Source of the DNA: an uncultured archaeon
GTDB taxonomy: Archaea > Thermoplasmatota > Thermoplasmata > Thermoplasmatales > Thermoplasmataceae
Length of the DNA: 64,000 nt
Assembly (NCBI GenBank): GCA_000965745.1
Contig: CP009479.1
Location: 1,856,001-1,920,000, forward strand
Direction of reading: 5' to 3'
The notes below the pieces were generated by a model that worked only from the letters and a program-made list of their open reading frames with translations, made no database searches and had not been told where the DNA came from. Both the position numbers and the translations under genes were made by a program. This document shows, piece after piece, positions 38,942 through 48,215 of the stretch; the stretch's first letter is position 1; each line of letters starts with the position of its first letter.

Positions 38942-39441
38942 TCTTCTTCCATCCTTTTTACGAGATCCTTAGCGTATTCCTTTGTATTCTCGTCGATCTC
39001 AATGCAGGCCATCCCTTTATTGGGAACGCCGTATACTACGACTGTATTTAAATCTGAATAAAAAATTATTGGTATCACTGCCAGATCTTCCTCACCGTCA
39101 ACCTCGATCCTGGTCTTACGACCCTTCTTCAGGCTCTCTTCAACGTGCCTGAACAACTCTGCTGTCAAGGTAGCTGCAGGATTTCTGACATGAATTGAGC
39201 CTTCAACGTGCGGAAAAATGCCATCCTCTTTCCGCTGCGTCTTGAGATCCACTATTTCAAGCAGGAGAGGTACTCCCGCTTTGTTAAGATTCCCGGCAGT
39301 AACATCACCCACTGCCACGATTTTCTTTGTTCGGGCAAGGTGCGACACCTCTTCCAGCGTGCACATCCTCGCCTTGTATGAAGATATTTCTTCCCTTATC
39401 TCTTCACTGACCCTGAGGTCACTGCCTGACTTTGATTGCAT
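38938..39441 (-). CDS. GTP-dependent dephospho-CoA kinase (DUF359)
   Basis: VGDVT, D.KT.R, NPA..LT, VDGEEDL, YG.P..G; conserved archaeal operon position. Confidence 0.88.
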   Translation of the reverse strand: MQSKSGSDLRVSEEIREEISSYKARMCTLEEVSHLARTKKIVAVGDVTAGNLNKAGVPLLLEIVDLKTQRKEDGIFPHVEGSIHVRNPAATLTAELFRHVEESLKKGRKTRIEVDGEEDLAVIPIIFYSDLNTVVVYGVPNKGMACIEIDENTKEYAKDLVKRMEEE

Positions 39442-39613
39442 ACATACCAGGCATTTCAGTTCCTGCGCGCTCAGAAATGGAAGATACCTTTGTTTCCACT
39501 ATGTAAATGAAACCCATCCACTCCGTTGTGGTCTTTTCATCTCCGTGTATAGGGCAGATTTTTTCAGTTGTTATCCTCTTGCATTTCTTGCATGCCCTGT
39601 AAATTTCCTTCAT
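39419..39613 (-). CDS. spt4: transcription elongation factor Spt4 (RpoE'')
   Basis: ACKKC...CP.H, W.G, S.I, PG.YAIKVR. Confidence 0.92.
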   Translation of the reverse strand: MKEIYRACKKCKRITTEKICPIHGDEKTTTEWMGFIYIVETKVSSISERAGTEMPGMYAIKVRQ

Positions 39614-39622
39614 TTTTCACAC

Positions 39623-40210
39623 CTAAGTTTCTACCTTCTTTTTTTCCCGGAGCCATTCCAGTTTTCCGAGTCCCATCTGCTTCATGGTAAGGCCGATTTT
39701 GCTGTCCCTGATGGACGATGATGACAGGTTAAGGGCAACTATTTTCACCCTGACTTTGTCCCCTACCTTGATGTCTCTTTTAGTATCCTTGCCGATAAAC
39801 CTCATGTTGGCGAGATCGACATCAATCCTGTCATCCATTATCTGGCTTATGTGGAGAAGCCCGTCAAATGAGCTGAATCTGACAAAAGCTCCAAAGTTCT
39901 GTACTGATACTACCACTCCCTCAATGATCTCATGCATTTCAGGGTAGAAGCCAAGGGCTTTAAACTTAACAGACTGGTACACTCCACCATCTCCATGAAC
40001 AATTGCTCCTTCTCCGACAAGATCCACGTCCACGATGGATATAACCAGGCATTTCCCGATGTTCTTCCCCTCGATCTCCTCGCTCTGGACATCGAGCAGC
40101 CTCCCTTCTAATGAGTCTTTCGTTACCTGTGTTACAGATCTTGAATAATCATCACCCAGTAGTTCCGGTGGAATTCTTGCTATATATTCATCCTCAACCA
40201 TTACGAACAT
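39623..40210 (-). CDS. rpoE1: RNA polymerase subunit Rpo7 (E')
   Basis: RIPP, GDGG.Y, S1 domain FGAFV..DGLLHISQ, KIGLTMKQ.GLGK.EW. Confidence 0.93.
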   Translation of the reverse strand: MFVMVEDEYIARIPPELLGDDYSRSVTQVTKDSLEGRLLDVQSEEIEGKNIGKCLVISIVDVDLVGEGAIVHGDGGVYQSVKFKALGFYPEMHEIIEGVVVSVQNFGAFVRFSSFDGLLHISQIMDDRIDVDLANMRFIGKDTKRDIKVGDKVRVKIVALNLSSSSIRDSKIGLTMKQMGLGKLEWLREKKKVET

Positions 40211-40224
40211 TTTATATATCCCCT

Positions 40225-40344
40225 GCCTGAAGGAAATACGTCAGATCATCCCAATTCAACCAGCTCCTGAAAACACACCAGCTTCAGTCCCGCGGGCATC
40301 ACTATGTGGATTTTTCAGGCGTTTATCAGGGATGACGTATGATC
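40225..40344 (-). ncRNA. candidate structured 5' leader of the rpoE' operon (nested stems, possible K-turn)
   Basis: Inverted repeats 40236-43/40333-40, 40246-52/40329-35, 40266-73/40312-19; minus-strand GTGATG...CTGA at the apex. Confidence 0.4.
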
Positions 40345-40454
40345 AACAGACAACCTAGCCAGCAGATATGCTTAGCAGATCGATCGTTGTGCCTTAATTA
40401 AAAAAGAATTATTAATATTATGGTAAGAAGTGAGGGAAACTAACATGTTGCGAG

Positions 40455-41006
40455 TTAATCTTTGACATACTTGTGAATGTAATGGTGGCTGAACTCCATC
40501 CTTTCAACAAATCTGAAGCCTCTTGAAGTAAACTTATTCATTAACTCTTCCTCTGAAATCCTAATGTGTTCAGGTGGACCCAGATCAAGTGTTCCTTTCT
40601 TGAATTCTATCAGTATGATCTCCAGATTTTCCTCGTTGACGGCTGCAAATCTTTCTACAAGGTCATCTCTGCAAGGGATGTCGTGGAATGTGTTAGAAAA
40701 GAATGCCTTGTTGTATCCATCAAAGTGAAATTCATCGCAGGCATCCTGCTGCACAACTTCTACATTTGACACACTATGTTCGTTCATTCTTCTCTTAAGC
40801 AGGTCAGTACCCCGTTTATCAATTTCAAGGGAGATAACTTTCCCCCCGTTGAGTTTTTCCGCAAAATTCACGCTGTAGAATCCGTCTCCTGCCCCGATGT
40901 CCAATATCACATCAGTCCCATGCGGATTGACAAATTCCTCAACCTTCCTGTATGGGATCAGTTTTTCCCTTAGTTCAGCAACATGCTCATAGTCAAACTG
41001 GTGCAT
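40455..41006 (-). CDS. class I SAM-dependent methyltransferase
   Basis: LDIGAGDG motif I, FHD, GPP..RI, HY. Confidence 0.85.
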   Translation of the reverse strand: MHQFDYEHVAELREKLIPYRKVEEFVNPHGTDVILDIGAGDGFYSVNFAEKLNGGKVISLEIDKRGTDLLKRRMNEHSVSNVEVVQQDACDEFHFDGYNKAFFSNTFHDIPCRDDLVERFAAVNEENLEIILIEFKKGTLDLGPPEHIRISEEELMNKFTSRGFRFVERMEFSHHYIHKYVKD

Positions 41007-41085
41007 CGCGTCCCCATATTCAGAAAGGTATTAGGATTTCCTACTCAGAAAGAAGTATAATAAGCCCAGTTCAATCTTAGACTCG

Positions 41086-42240
41086 ATGAGCGGGGAGGAT
41101 TCTGATACTTTTTCATTACTGAGGCAATCAGTAAGGCAGTTTATAGAGAAAGAGGTAATGCCTGTGTCACAGAAAATAGACAAGGAGGATTACTTTCCGT
41201 TGGACCTGTTTAGAAAAATGGGAAAAATGGGATTCCTTGGTGTTACCATCCCTCCGGAATACGGGGGTTCTGGAATGGATTATACTGCACAGGCGATCAT
41301 AGAGGAAGAACTTGGGTATGCATCAGCATCCCTTGCACTTTCATATGGTGCTCACAGCAATCTATGCCTGGATAACCTTTACAGGAACGGAAGCGAGCAG
41401 CAGAAGGAGGAGTATGTTCCCAAACTTGCTCGTGGAGACTGGATTGGATCCCTGGCACTTACCGAGCCCGGGTCCGGGTCTGACGCCCTTGCCATGAGAA
41501 CTAGCGCAGAAATACAGAACGGAACCTTTGTGTTGAATGGGAGCAAGACCCTAATCACCAACGCACCTTATTCGGATGTTTTCCTTACCTATGCCCGTAC
41601 CGGTGACAGCTATTCCGCTTTTGTGGTGCTGTCAGAGGATAACGGTTTCTCACGGGGAAAGAAGTTTGATAAGATGGGGATGCGCGGTTCACCCACCGGT
41701 GAAATATTCTTCGACAATGTTAAGGTCCCGGAATCCAGGCTGGTAGGAAATCTGAATGGTGGCAAGGATATCATACTGAGCGGCCTCAACGTTGAAAGAG
41801 TAATACTTTCATTCATTTTTGTCGGGCTCGCAAGGAGGGCACTGGAACTGTCCGTGAAATATGCTACCGAAAGAAAGCAATCCGGGAATTACCTGCATGA
41901 ATTTGAGATGATACAGGACAAGCTGGCAGTCATGTATACAAAATACCAGACAAGCAGGCTTATGGCGGACAGAGCGCTCAATGGAATCAAGGAGGACAAT
42001 ATGAACGTAATGGATGCTGCAGCGGCCATATACCATGTTGCTGAATCGGCGGAGTATATCGCACGCGAGGCCGTACAGATCCATGGCGGAATAGGCTATG
42101 TAAGAGAAGGTGAAGTGGAACGGCTGCTCAGGGACGCTATCCTGGGCCAGATTGGTGCAGGGACAACTGAGATAAGGAAGAAATTGATTGCCCAGGGCCT
42201 TGTTAAAAAGTATAAAAAGCAGGGAAGAATATCGGATTAG
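41086..42240 (+). CDS. acyl-CoA dehydrogenase (isovaleryl-CoA DH-like)
   Basis: LSYGAHSNLC, LTEPGSGSD, KMGMRGSPT, QIHGG.GY, IGAGT.EI. Confidence 0.9.
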   Translation: MSGEDSDTFSLLRQSVRQFIEKEVMPVSQKIDKEDYFPLDLFRKMGKMGFLGVTIPPEYGGSGMDYTAQAIIEEELGYASASLALSYGAHSNLCLDNLYRNGSEQQKEEYVPKLARGDWIGSLALTEPGSGSDALAMRTSAEIQNGTFVLNGSKTLITNAPYSDVFLTYARTGDSYSAFVVLSEDNGFSRGKKFDKMGMRGSPTGEIFFDNVKVPESRLVGNLNGGKDIILSGLNVERVILSFIFVGLARRALELSVKYATERKQSGNYLHEFEMIQDKLAVMYTKYQTSRLMADRALNGIKEDNMNVMDAAAAIYHVAESAEYIAREAVQIHGGIGYVREGEVERLLRDAILGQIGAGTTEIRKKLIAQGLVKKYKKQGRISD

Positions 42241-43259
42241 TGTTATGCATTCTCTGCGGAAGCAAGGAAGAATACGATAGGGGAATATGCAAGGATTGCA
42301 TAGCTGATAAGCTTTCCCTGAGTGTAAACGGCACATTGGACCTGACAGAATGCCCTAAGTGCGGTTCAATGAAGGTCGGGAACAAATGGTATGCCGACAA
42401 CCAGCAGAAAGTTCTCGCAAAAAAAGTAAACCAGATGATTGGCCTGAACGATCCCTCCTTCGAGAAATATGTTGATCCTGGCGATGTGATGATTTCCCAT
42501 GACGGCAAAAACACGTTTGTGAGAATCTCCCTGAAAAAACCCGATTTTTCAGATATTGTTCAAGATGTAAATATACCAACCAGGCGTCTGAGGAACAGCT
42601 GCCTCACATGCAACAAGGTTACAGGGTCATACTATGAGGCCATACTCCAGATAAGGACCCTGAATTCCGAATACAACAGTCTTGTACAATACGTAAAGGA
42701 CGAAGCCGTGCATATTATGAGGGGACTGAACAGGAAAGACCCTGAATCATTCATTTCAACCGTGGCAAAAGTACCGGAAGGGCTCGATATATATCTTGGC
42801 AAGCGGGCCGACGGAAACAGGCTCGCGAAGCATATTCTCGACAATTACCTTTCAACGATGAAGGTCTCGAAAACTCTGGCAGGTGTGAAGGACGGCGCTA
42901 AGTTCTACAGATTCACCTACGGTGTAAGGCTAGCTTCTCTCGACAGGGGCTCTGTAATCTCGCTGAACGGCAGCGATTACCTTGTCCTTGGAACGGGGGC
43001 TGCAGGCCTTGATGTAATCAACACAAGGAATGAGAAGAGGACCAAGATTTCTAAGAGCGAGTTCTTTTCCTCTGATGTGAGGATACTTGAGAAAAATCCG
43101 AGGAAAAGCACCTTCATTGTAGTCTCAAAGGAGGCTGGTGAACTTCAGCTGATGGATAAAGAAAATTACAAAATGATCACCATGAAGGGAGATACAAGCC
43201 AGGAGGAAGTTGAGCTGTTCAACTTTGACGGAAAATACTACCTTCCTGACCGGGCGTAG
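42240..43259 (+). CDS. nmd3: NMD3-related ribosome export/assembly protein
   Basis: Four CxxC pairs, YYEAILQIR, G.DIY.G, C-terminal OB-like QLMD..Y. Confidence 0.88.
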   Translation: MLCILCGSKEEYDRGICKDCIADKLSLSVNGTLDLTECPKCGSMKVGNKWYADNQQKVLAKKVNQMIGLNDPSFEKYVDPGDVMISHDGKNTFVRISLKKPDFSDIVQDVNIPTRRLRNSCLTCNKVTGSYYEAILQIRTLNSEYNSLVQYVKDEAVHIMRGLNRKDPESFISTVAKVPEGLDIYLGKRADGNRLAKHILDNYLSTMKVSKTLAGVKDGAKFYRFTYGVRLASLDRGSVISLNGSDYLVLGTGAAGLDVINTRNEKRTKISKSEFFSSDVRILEKNPRKSTFIVVSKEAGELQLMDKENYKMITMKGDTSQEEVELFNFDGKYYLPDRA

Positions 43260-43289
43260 GTTAATTTATTTCATAGACATTGTGGGTTT

Positions 43290-44555
43290 ATGAGGATAAA
43301 AGCGGAATGGGACAGACTTAGAGATGTTATGATCCACAGGCCAGGCATCGAAATTGAATATGCCATGCTTGCTCCCAGACCGTTTTTGTTTGAACGGCCT
43401 TTCCGGACGGATATAGCCATCAAGGAACATGAGAATCTTGAGCAGACGTTGAAGGAGAATGGCGTTTCAGTAAAACTCCTGAGAAACGTTGTAGTCGACA
43501 AGGCAAGGAGTGACAGCCAGTTCAGAAAGGACCTCGAGGAAAAGGTCTCCACAATAGTCAAATTTTACGGGAGAGTTGAGTCGTCAAAGAAAGCCATGGG
43601 ACTGTTTTTGAAGAACCTGGAGATTATAGATCCAGTAACACTTTTCCATATTCTCACGCTTGAGCCTTCAATAGACCTCAAGCAAGAGGAAGAGAACAGC
43701 GTAGAATACCCTACAGTATATTCCAACCTGCCCCTGGCGAACCTTTATTTCATGAGGGACCAACAGGCGGTTGGACCGGGCGGGCCGATTTTTGGCAGAA
43801 TGAAAAAACGCCAGCGAATGAAGGAGCCTGAGATCACACGCTTTGTCGTTGAGAAAGCTATTGGTGAGAAAAACACATACAGTGTCGGTGAAGGGGGAAT
43901 ATTCGAAGGGGGAGATTTCATCCCGCTGGGAAGCTTTGGCCTAATCGGCATTGGCCCCAGGAGCAACCGGCAAGGTGCCATGGAAGCCATGTCCTCCGGC
44001 CTTCTTGATTTTGATGAGATCGGAGTGGTGACAAATCCGGTTTATGATTTCATGGACATTCCTGACAGGGACCCAATGGTGAACATGCACCTTGACACTT
44101 ACTTCAATATTCCAGGGGACGGCATTGTAATCAGTTCAGTCGAGCTGTCCAAAAAGGCAAAACTCGAGCTATTCACCAGGGAGTCCAAAGGGAGCTACAA
44201 GCATGAGAAAGAAACAACGCTGTATGACTATATGCTCTCTAAGGGCTTCAGGTTCATTAATCTCAGAATCAGTGAGCAACTGAGCTATTCCTCAAATTTC
44301 CTGACACTAGCTGACAGAAAGATCCTCGCTGTTAACGCGCCTGACGTGCTTGACAAACTTCTGTCTGAAAATGTATTTACTGGCCAGCTCAAGGACCTTG
44401 TGGTATCGGACATAAACAAAAATGGTAAGGAGAATCTCTTCCCCAACAACCCACAGATTGCCCGGGAGGGCATAGACATAATCAGGCTCAATTTAAGCGA
44501 ACTCACAGGAGGGTATGGTGGTGCCCACTGCATGACTGCTGCCCTAAACAGGTGA
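43290..44555 (+). CDS. arcA: arginine deiminase
   Basis: HRPG.E, NLYFMRD, EGGD, MHLDT, ELTGGYGGAHCMT. Confidence 0.88.
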   Translation: MRIKAEWDRLRDVMIHRPGIEIEYAMLAPRPFLFERPFRTDIAIKEHENLEQTLKENGVSVKLLRNVVVDKARSDSQFRKDLEEKVSTIVKFYGRVESSKKAMGLFLKNLEIIDPVTLFHILTLEPSIDLKQEEENSVEYPTVYSNLPLANLYFMRDQQAVGPGGPIFGRMKKRQRMKEPEITRFVVEKAIGEKNTYSVGEGGIFEGGDFIPLGSFGLIGIGPRSNRQGAMEAMSSGLLDFDEIGVVTNPVYDFMDIPDRDPMVNMHLDTYFNIPGDGIVISSVELSKKAKLELFTRESKGSYKHEKETTLYDYMLSKGFRFINLRISEQLSYSSNFLTLADRKILAVNAPDVLDKLLSENVFTGQLKDLVVSDINKNGKENLFPNNPQIAREGIDIIRLNLSELTGGYGGAHCMTAALNR

Positions 44556-44885
44556 ATATTAAACCATCTTGTTGAGAAACAGTGATCTACCTAAAACTGG
44601 GCACCAGTACTGGATGCAAACTTCAAGGAGAGTTCTTTAAGCGCAGTGCCCCCAGGCAATATTGCCCTGTCCACTGAAGAGACCGACAATATATTCAATT
44701 GCTGGCGACTGCCTTTGCAGAGACTGCCTGCAGAAAGCCTCCATCCTTTTTAGGCAGTCGGTTGATGCAGGCTCTGCCTTATTCGATGCCCTCATCAGTT
44801 ACAGAAAAGGCAGATAAGCGGAAACATTTAATTTGAGAAGGCTATTACGCTTACATCACATTCACTATGATAATAGAGGGATTTA

Positions 44886-45536
44886 ATGGCAAGTGACAGA
44901 AGTCAGAGGAAAAGTAAAGATAAGTGGAAGGAGAAGTCCTGGTTCACAATAGTATCACCCGGCTATCTTGGTGAAAAGGAGATAGCTGTTAGCCCTTCAT
45001 ATGACGAAAATGGCATGATTGGGAGGAAAATAGAAGTTCCTGTTTCCGATTTCACTGGAAACTTTAAAAAAGCCAACTCAAAGGTTCTTTTCAAGATTAT
45101 ATCCTGCCAGGGTAAAAAATGCCAGACGATGTTCATCGGCCACTCTGTAAGCGATGATTTCATAAAGAGAATGGTCAGAAGAAGAAAGGAAAGAATTGAC
45201 ATAGTGCGAAACGCAACAACAAAAGATGGCTACACCATGAGTGTCAAGACCGTCATTGTAACGGACGGAAAGCTCACCAACACCAAGAGAGTTGCCATAA
45301 GAAGAACGATTGAACAGTTTCTTGATCAAAAATCAAAAGACATGGGATATGAGGACTTCACACGATACCTTATTGGCGACGACGTGTACAATGATATGGT
45401 TGGCGCTACAAGGGATGTTTACCCCATAAGGAAACTCGAAGTCAGAAAGTCACGTTTGCTCGAAGTGAGCTCCGGTGTAGAAACCACGGTTCCCGATTCC
45501 TCTACTGAGGAAACACCTCCGGAACAGGTTTCCTGA
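44886..45536 (+). CDS. rps3ae: 30S ribosomal protein S3ae
   Basis: KDKWK.K.W, GR.IE, MVRR, TKDGY, YP.R..EVRKS. Confidence 0.93.
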   Translation: MASDRSQRKSKDKWKEKSWFTIVSPGYLGEKEIAVSPSYDENGMIGRKIEVPVSDFTGNFKKANSKVLFKIISCQGKKCQTMFIGHSVSDDFIKRMVRRRKERIDIVRNATTKDGYTMSVKTVIVTDGKLTNTKRVAIRRTIEQFLDQKSKDMGYEDFTRYLIGDDVYNDMVGATRDVYPIRKLEVRKSRLLEVSSGVETTVPDSSTEETPPEQVS

Positions 45537-45550
45537 AAACTGAAACAGAT

Positions 45551-45643
45551 GCCGGGATGGCTCAGTTGGCAGAGCGCCGGACTCATAAGGCCTTAGTGTT
45601 CTGAGAAATCCGGAGGTCTCGGGTTCAATCCCCGATCCCGGCA
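45551..45643 (+). tRNA. elongator tRNA-Met(CAT) with 20-nt intron at 37/38 (45588-45607)
   Basis: Acceptor GCCGGGA/TCCCGGC, anticodon stem CCGGA/TCCGG, CAT at 45584-86, canonical BHB helix CTCA/TGAG. Confidence 0.92.
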
Positions 45644-46037
45644 TATCCAAATAAATCTCTGTTGCTTCTAAATACCTCTTAACGAATGGTAGTTTCAGCA
45701 TCAATTTCATGGAGAAGTTCTATTCTACTGTGGCGGTTTAAGGTTGCGGTGCTGTTTTCCTGTCGTTTCATTATTTTCCCTGCCAACTTTCCAGAATGTT
45801 ACTAAGAAGAACAGTATCGCGATCAAAAGATATGCAAGTCCGGTTCTTCCGGCCCTTTCCGGATCATTTCCCACGGCAGTTGGATTCATGGCGCAATCTA
45901 TACTTGGCACCCCCTAATATCCGAAGTTGAAATATGTAACTTCCGATAAGAAAAGCGGAATATTCATGGTACAATATTTATTGGTAATGCTTTCTTTATT
46001 CTGCAGAATCTGCTGGTGTCATAAAGAGGTGGGGTTA

Positions 46038-46283
46038 TCACCCCACAGCAATAGGCTGAGCCAAACTTTTCGGGAATTTCAATCCAACAAGGTGTCCCTT
46101 TCTTGGCAGCACCTTGATTCTAACAGTTCTGGCCGAGATTTTCTTCATGTTTCCAGAAAGATAGTCGTCACCCACATACCTCAATAACCCACCACCCATG
46201 CCTTTCAAGCGAAGGTAATGCATTCTGTCCTTTGCTGAAAGGCCTGATCTTATCTCATATTCATACATTTGAGTCATCCTCAA
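46038..46283 (-). CDS. small basic hypothetical protein
   Basis: 81-aa ORF with GAGGGG SD upstream, divergent from the HTH regulator; no recognisable motif. Confidence 0.4.
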   Translation of the reverse strand: MRMTQMYEYEIRSGLSAKDRMHYLRLKGMGGGLLRYVGDDYLSGNMKKISARTVRIKVLPRKGHLVGLKFPKSLAQPIAVG

Positions 46284-46378
46284 ACTGACATCCCCTCTGA
46301 GAAGATCAGGTTTATACCTTCGAAGAGAGCCGTCATATGGTGGGACAAAGTATAATATCCTACCACCACTGATTGTTC

Positions 46379-47110
46379 ATGAGTACTTGGGAAGTCTCAT
46401 TCAGAGTAAAGCATGATTATCCATTCATCAGGATGTCAGAGAAACATCCGGGCACAAAGATTTCCATGTGGTGTGTCTGGAACCGGGAAATGATACATGT
46501 GCCGGTCAATCATGAAGATGCGATTTCAGAGATTGACGGGTATGTCAGGCAGATTGGAAGAGCTATTGAAAATTACAAGCCTACAAAGGATGGTTTTGTG
46601 GTAACCCTGACCTGTAGCTGTGACCTTAACCCAAACACATGGGACTTTACAGAAAAAAACAACTGCGTGGATGTTTTCCCATCAGTCTTTCTCGATGGAT
46701 GGGGGTATTACAGGGTCATCAGCTTCAATGAAGATGATGTTAAGAACTTGTTTAAGGAACTGAGTTCACTGGGGCAGGTGGAACTAGTGAGCAAGAGGCT
46801 GTTGGGCATCGACGCACTTCCTTCAACTGTATGGGCAGACAGTTTTTTTTCCAGGATGACAGATCGGCAGATGGAATCACTGGTAAGAGCCTATGACCAT
46901 GGCTACTACACATCCCCAAGGGGCGTAACGACCGATTCCATTGCAACTAGCATAGGAATTTCAAGATCCACGTACGAGGAACATCTTCGCAAAGCGGAGA
47001 ATAGAATTATGGAATCCATAATACCATATCTTAAGCTCTTCAGGGCAGGAGCCCAGAAGCGTGGGGAAATAGCGTCCTTCCGGCCTCCAGTTCCAGAATC
47101 AAGCGAGTAG
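46379..47110 (+). CDS. bacterio-opsin-activator-type (HTH_10) transcriptional regulator
   Basis: C-terminal TDRQ..L..AY..GYY..PR......IA..IGISRST..EHLRKAE. Confidence 0.88.
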   Translation: MSTWEVSFRVKHDYPFIRMSEKHPGTKISMWCVWNREMIHVPVNHEDAISEIDGYVRQIGRAIENYKPTKDGFVVTLTCSCDLNPNTWDFTEKNNCVDVFPSVFLDGWGYYRVISFNEDDVKNLFKELSSLGQVELVSKRLLGIDALPSTVWADSFFSRMTDRQMESLVRAYDHGYYTSPRGVTTDSIATSIGISRSTYEEHLRKAENRIMESIIPYLKLFRAGAQKRGEIASFRPPVPESSE

Positions 47111-47189
47111 AGTGTCTAACAGGGGCAGGCTCGATGTTGCCCCCATAGACGTGAGTGTTTATATCTGGCCCTATATTCAGCAACTGTCA

Positions 47190-47654
47190 ATGAGGGAGTT
47201 TGAGGTAAGCATTGGGGACATTCGTGATTTAGGGGTTCTGGTTGAACACAGACAGAAGATGTGGAAAGCAATTTACCCTGACAAGGCGGATGCCATAGAC
47301 TCTATTGAAGATCTTACGAGAGAGTGGTTGAAGGACGATCTTTCCAGGGGAACGATGATACCATTCATAGCAAGGACTGATGAGGGCATTGTGGCGGGAA
47401 GCGGTTGCATCATGCTCAAAGAGGACCAGCCCAGGCCATCTAGCCTTAAGATAGATAATCCATACCTCCTGTCAGTCTATACAGAAGAGAAATACAGAAA
47501 TCGGGGGGTTGCTACCAGAATTGTCAGGGAATCGATAGATTGGTCAAAGAAGATGGGTTATGACAGAATGACCCTTCATGCATCCCCGGATGGACGTTCA
47601 CTGTATGAGAGCCTTGGTTTTGCGGCTACCAACGAAATGAGGCTATGGTTCTGA
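47190..47654 (+). CDS. GNAT N-acetyltransferase
   Basis: VYT..KYRNRGVA, LHAS.DGR.LYESLGF. Confidence 0.88.
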   Translation: MREFEVSIGDIRDLGVLVEHRQKMWKAIYPDKADAIDSIEDLTREWLKDDLSRGTMIPFIARTDEGIVAGSGCIMLKEDQPRPSSLKIDNPYLLSVYTEEKYRNRGVATRIVRESIDWSKKMGYDRMTLHASPDGRSLYESLGFAATNEMRLWF

Positions 47655-47669
47655 AAAATAGGTGATATT

Positions 47670-48176
47670 CTGGCTATTTCTGGTGTAACAGCAAGGGAGG
47701 CAACTATTGACGATTCTGCTGCAATCACGGAAATATACAATACTGGGATTGTAGAGAGAACTGCAACCTTTGAGACCAGGCAGAGAGATATAGGTGAGGT
47801 CAAGCAATGGTTTGACGGCAGGCATCCAGTAGTTGTAGGCGAGCTGAACGGCAGAACAGTATCATTTGCTGCAGCCTCAGAGTACAGTAGCAGGGAGTGT
47901 TACTCAGGCATTGCAGAATTCTCTGTTTACGTGTGCCAAGAGCATCGTGGGATCGGTGCAGGAAATATCACTATGAGAAGACTTGTTGAGGAGTCAAGAA
48001 AGAAAGGATTCTGGAAACTTCTTTCCAGGGTGTTCACTGACAACATTGCCAGCCGGAATATGCTGAGAAGTGTGGGTTTCAGGGAAGTTGGTGTGTATGA
48101 GAGGCACGGAAAACTGGAGAATTCATGGAAGGATGTTGTGATTGTTGAATTCCTCATTATGGAGAACATCAGATAA
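47670..48176 (+). CDS. Pat/YncA/ArsN1-like GNAT N-acetyltransferase, probable CTG start (168 aa)
   Basis: Frame is open from 47655: AREATIDD..AITEIYNTGIVERTATFET...RECYSGIAEFSVYV...RGIGAG...N.ASR...GFREVG; no ATG/GTG/TTG before 47931; SD AGGTGA at 47660-65. Confidence 0.82.
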   Translation: MAISGVTAREATIDDSAAITEIYNTGIVERTATFETRQRDIGEVKQWFDGRHPVVVGELNGRTVSFAAASEYSSRECYSGIAEFSVYVCQEHRGIGAGNITMRRLVEESRKKGFWKLLSRVFTDNIASRNMLRSVGFREVGVYERHGKLENSWKDVVIVEFLIMENIR

Positions 48177-48215
48177 TTGATATTGTAACCGCAACCAATT
48201 ACAGAGGTTTAAAGC

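Noticed and set aside
47652-47654. Selenocysteine recoding of the in-frame TGA between the two GNATs
   Set aside because: The TGA falls in an inter-domain position rather than a Cys site, I saw no SECIS-like element, and a strong SD supports separate initiation.
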